Assembly (NCBI GenBank): GCA_964016885.1 | Contig: OZ024756.1 | Location: 32,054,001 to 32,118,000 of the forward strand | From: Eledone cirrhosa | Taxonomy: Eukaryota | Direction of reading: 5' to 3' | Length of the DNA: 64,000 nt | Shown here: positions 60,329 through 64,000 of the stretch, in pieces | Layout of the letters: each line of letters begins with the position of its first letter | How positions within the stretch are numbered: position 1 is the first letter of the stretch | Program-made: the position numbers and the translations under genes | The notes under the pieces: generated by a model | What the model was told of the DNA's origin: nothing | The model's input: the letters and a program-made list of their open reading frames with translations, nothing else | The model's database searches: none

Positions 60329-62257
60329 TGTCTCCATGTATCCATCTGTCTGTAGATCTATTTTACACCCCCCTCCTACATATCTTCATTTCCCTAAACA
60401 AACAATAAAATGTAAAACGTATACGATTTAAACAAGTTTTGTCTCGTTTCAATTTACTTTCCTTCTACTTAATTTATCTTTATCTCCTCTCGCTTCTCTA
60501 ACATTGCCTTGAATTTAAACACAAATGCAGCAGCTATAAAACGTGTGATTTAAAAGTTAGTTTGTCCCAATCCCGGATGCTGATTACACCGTTTCTGCTT
60601 TTGGTTTCACTGGCTTTAATCTACTGAGAATATCACACCCCCATCCATCAGAGGGTTAACTCCTAGTTGCTGCTGGTATTCATTTTCAACTGATTTGACT
60701 GTAACAAGGTAAAATGTATTGATTTACTAGAGCAGACATGTCAAACTGAGAGTCCCCCAAATACCACACGAGTCACATCTGTGTTGTCTGTGGGCCACAC
60801 CTGACAACTAATTGCACACATTACAATTAATATATTCTATTTTATATTATGCTCGTGCTACAAAAACCTTTGTGCGAGCCTTAGCTCTGCTTGTAAAGGG
60901 CCGCATGTTTGACATGCCTGTACTAAAGGACACAATACGCCACTTTATCAGAGTATCAAACCAACATCATTACGCTACTGATCACAACATGCTAAACACT
61001 ATGCCATTCGCTTAGGCTTATGCCGCATAATTAACTAGATAATTATTTACACATAATTCTTAGTGTACGGCTTGTGCGACATTTTAATGGTTCTTGGGAA
61101 TATTCCTTCTGAGCTAATTTAGTGCACAATCCTTTTAAATATGCCACAATTTCGCCATATTTAAATTAAAATTATTTTACACAGTAGAGCTGCAGTGTTG
61201 TTTAGATGCTATTATAGTTGTACTTTGCCCTCGTTACCTATTTTTTCCCTTACAACAGAGAGTAATACATCATTAGTCTCAGAGTTTAAGTATGATTGTG
61301 TTATCCATTAGAATGGCTCGTCGACACAGTCATACACACAACACACAACACTAACAATACATAATGCATCCACACACTCGCACAAACACACGCACGCAAT
61401 ACACACTCTCATGCATACACACTCGCTTTTTTCTCTCATACTCACATTCGCACACACAAACACACACACACACACACATAGGCACACACACACACACGCA
61501 CACATACACGTACTCTATCTCATACACATACTCTCAAACACACGAACATACACACACAGAAGCACTCAAACATACATATATATATTTCTATCTCCGTATG
61601 CATACTTTTAATTTTCTTGATTTTCTTTAATTTTCAATTATTCCATTTTTTCTTCTTTTTTTTTCTTTTTTTTTTGTAGATAATTCCTTCTGGATGTATT
61701 TCTCCCTTTATTAACAAAACTCCTTCATTCATTTGTAACTATTTTCATTCTTGTTCTCGTTTACTTTAAAATGGTGATTGTTGTATATCACGCTTCCTTT
61801 TTTTCTTTCACTCTAAATACAACATCTACACGTCACAATTAATGGATTACAAGCCTTATTATTTACGGCGATTCCTGTCCTTCCTTAACATCATTAACAT
61901 CAATTGTGCAGTCAAAAGAGGCATACATAATAATTTATTTTCTAGTTTTACAATTTAAACTAAGTTTCTATTCTTTACCTTCTTGTTTCTACTATATCAG
62001 GTTTTAGAGAACTTATTTTAAACATATGAAGTATTTCCTTCGTGTTAATTTTCTCTAATCTCACATGACTCTGCTGTACCTAATTATTTACAGTCATCTG
62101 AATCTATTTTGTTTATGATATTTACTAATTAGATAATTGTATTACAGTGAAAGCAGAATAGCTAGTTGGTTAACACGTTTACTTCGCAATCGTAAGATCT
62201 TGAGTTCGATTCTACTGCGTGACATCTAAATGTTTGAAGTCTGTGTCGAAGCTGGAA

Positions 62258-62520
62258 GCTCATCAGACCAGTGTTTGTCCGGGTTTCCGATGGGTTAAGA
62301 GACTAAGAATACACGACCCCTCCTCCACCACCACTGGAAAGGACACCAGTCCATCGCAGGGTTAAACTTCCAGCTACTACTGATATGCCTTTTCAGTTGA
62401 GTATAGTGGAGCAACGTGAAATAAAGAGTTTTGCTCAAGAAAACAACACAAAACCCAGTCCAGGAATCGAACCCACGACATTATAAACGTAAGTCCAACA
62501 CATTAAACACTAGGCCCCGC
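62258..62520 (-). mobile_element. CORE-type tRNA-derived SINE
   Basis: Minus strand ggcctagtgttt A-box-like, ggttcgattcc B-box, gtgttgttttcttgagcaaaactctttatttcacgttgctcc CORE-like. Diverged relative at ~60570-60760. Confidence 0.7.
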
Positions 62521-63009
62521 ATTTTAGGAATTTAGGAATTTGAGATTTGAAAATGTTATCGCAACACTGCAGATAACTATAAAAATGTTTGGCAACTATA
62601 AATAAATAGTTGAATAGATTAGAGACAACTGGGCAGAGATGTCTACGGTTGTTCTAAGACCGGACAGACTCGGTCATCTTTTTCTGACAATACACAATCG
62701 TCATATTAAACTATTATGGAGAGTTTTATGCATTTTGACGACTATATTTTAAACTTTCTATCCACCATCTTTCCATCGTCTTACCGCTAAGTACACTATT
62801 ATCTAGACATTGTCTATGAGGTCATTAGCTTACCTAGAATCGATCGAATCCATTGTAAGGTTTCTACGTCACTTCCTAAAAATGTAGGGTAGTCATTTGT
62901 CTGACAGTAATTGTTGCCTGGTACCTATATAAATGAGTCAGCAATTTTTTTTAGCTCTGCTATAGTAGCAATGTATGCACACACAAATCTCTCTCTCTCT
63001 CTCTCTCTC

Positions 63010-63122
<113 letters not shown>

Positions 63123-63441
63123 AAAGAAAATGAAAAAAATGAAAAACAAACATTAAATATATTTTCAGTGCTATGTCCAATCTCACCTTTTCTCTCTCTC
63201 TGTATATATATATATAAGATTCTTTCTCAGTCTATTTAACTATCTACCTCGCTTTCTTTTCACTTATTTTTACACTATATCAACATGTTTGTCGGTATGT
63301 ATGTTGCTCTACGATTTAATCTCTGGTCCTCTCTCGTTTTACTTTCCCTCCTCTCTCTTTATATATATTGAAGCTTTAGAAGGTACAACGTTTCACATTG
63401 AGATATACTTTCTACAACTTTAGCAAAAATATATGTGTTCT

Positions 63442-63592
63442 TGTGTGTGTGTGTGATTGTGTGTGTGTGTGCGCGTGCGCGTGTGGGTGTGCATACTTGG
63501 AGTGAATCTAGCGAATCTAGTATATGGACATATATATATAATAATAAATATATATATATATTTATTATTATATATATATGTCCATATATATG

Positions 63593-63649
<57 letters not shown>

Positions 63650-63707
63650 TCACTTATATCAAATGTAAAATTGAACTAGATTTACTCCAAGTATGCACAC
63701 TCACACG

Positions 63708-63730
<23 letters not shown>
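63442..63730. repeat. Nested inverted repeats
   Basis: Outer arms gtgtgcatacttggagtgaatctag (63487-63511) and ctagatttactccaagtatgcacac (63676-63700). Inner palindrome at ~63521-63588. Confidence 0.75.
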
Positions 63731-63747
<17 letters not shown>

Positions 63748-63753
63748 CATATA

Positions 63754-63813
<60 letters not shown>

Positions 63814-64000
63814 TAAATATTATATATATATACTGGGAGAGATTTTGTTTTCCACTTTGTTTCTGTTTTATATGCTTACCATTATTCCTATTAATAATAT
63901 TATTTATTGTTGTTGCTTCCTTTTGTATGAGAAATAGAGCGTAGCGCTCTCAGAATTTGAGCACGAGTATATTTTAGTCTATTGTTTTCTATTGTATTAG

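Noticed and set aside
62152-62222. tRNA gene
   Set aside because: Only A/B-box-like remnants and no complete cloverleaf. More likely a decayed SINE head, as are the other tRNA-like segments.

Overview
AT-rich eukaryotic (animal) non-coding DNA, most likely intergenic or intronic. The SINE families and the extreme (TA)n/(CA)n density point to an octopod cephalopod (inference). No intact host gene is visible, and nearly all listed ORFs are microsatellite translations. Real coding remnants are four dead non-LTR retrotransposon pieces: a 5'-truncated Dong/R4-type RT+RLE element in (TAA)n (14741-17385), a second Dong-type RT fragment, a Tx1/L1-type zf-RVT 3' end, and an RTE-type 3' end with an 11-bp TSD. 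Many tRNA-derived SINEs are present. The main unexplained structure is about 20 fold-back (hairpin) elements, mostly in or beside (TA)n tracts, from many apparently unrelated sequence families. Many share one architecture: a 25-100 bp unpaired tail with an ACTC(A/G)A-like motif, then a terminal segment duplicated in inverted orientation. About ten carry recognisable type I hammerhead ribozymes, some with compensatory stem changes between copies. This fits non-autonomous ends of microsatellite-targeting Penelope-like retroelements. All pairings were read by eye and coordinates may be off by a few bases.
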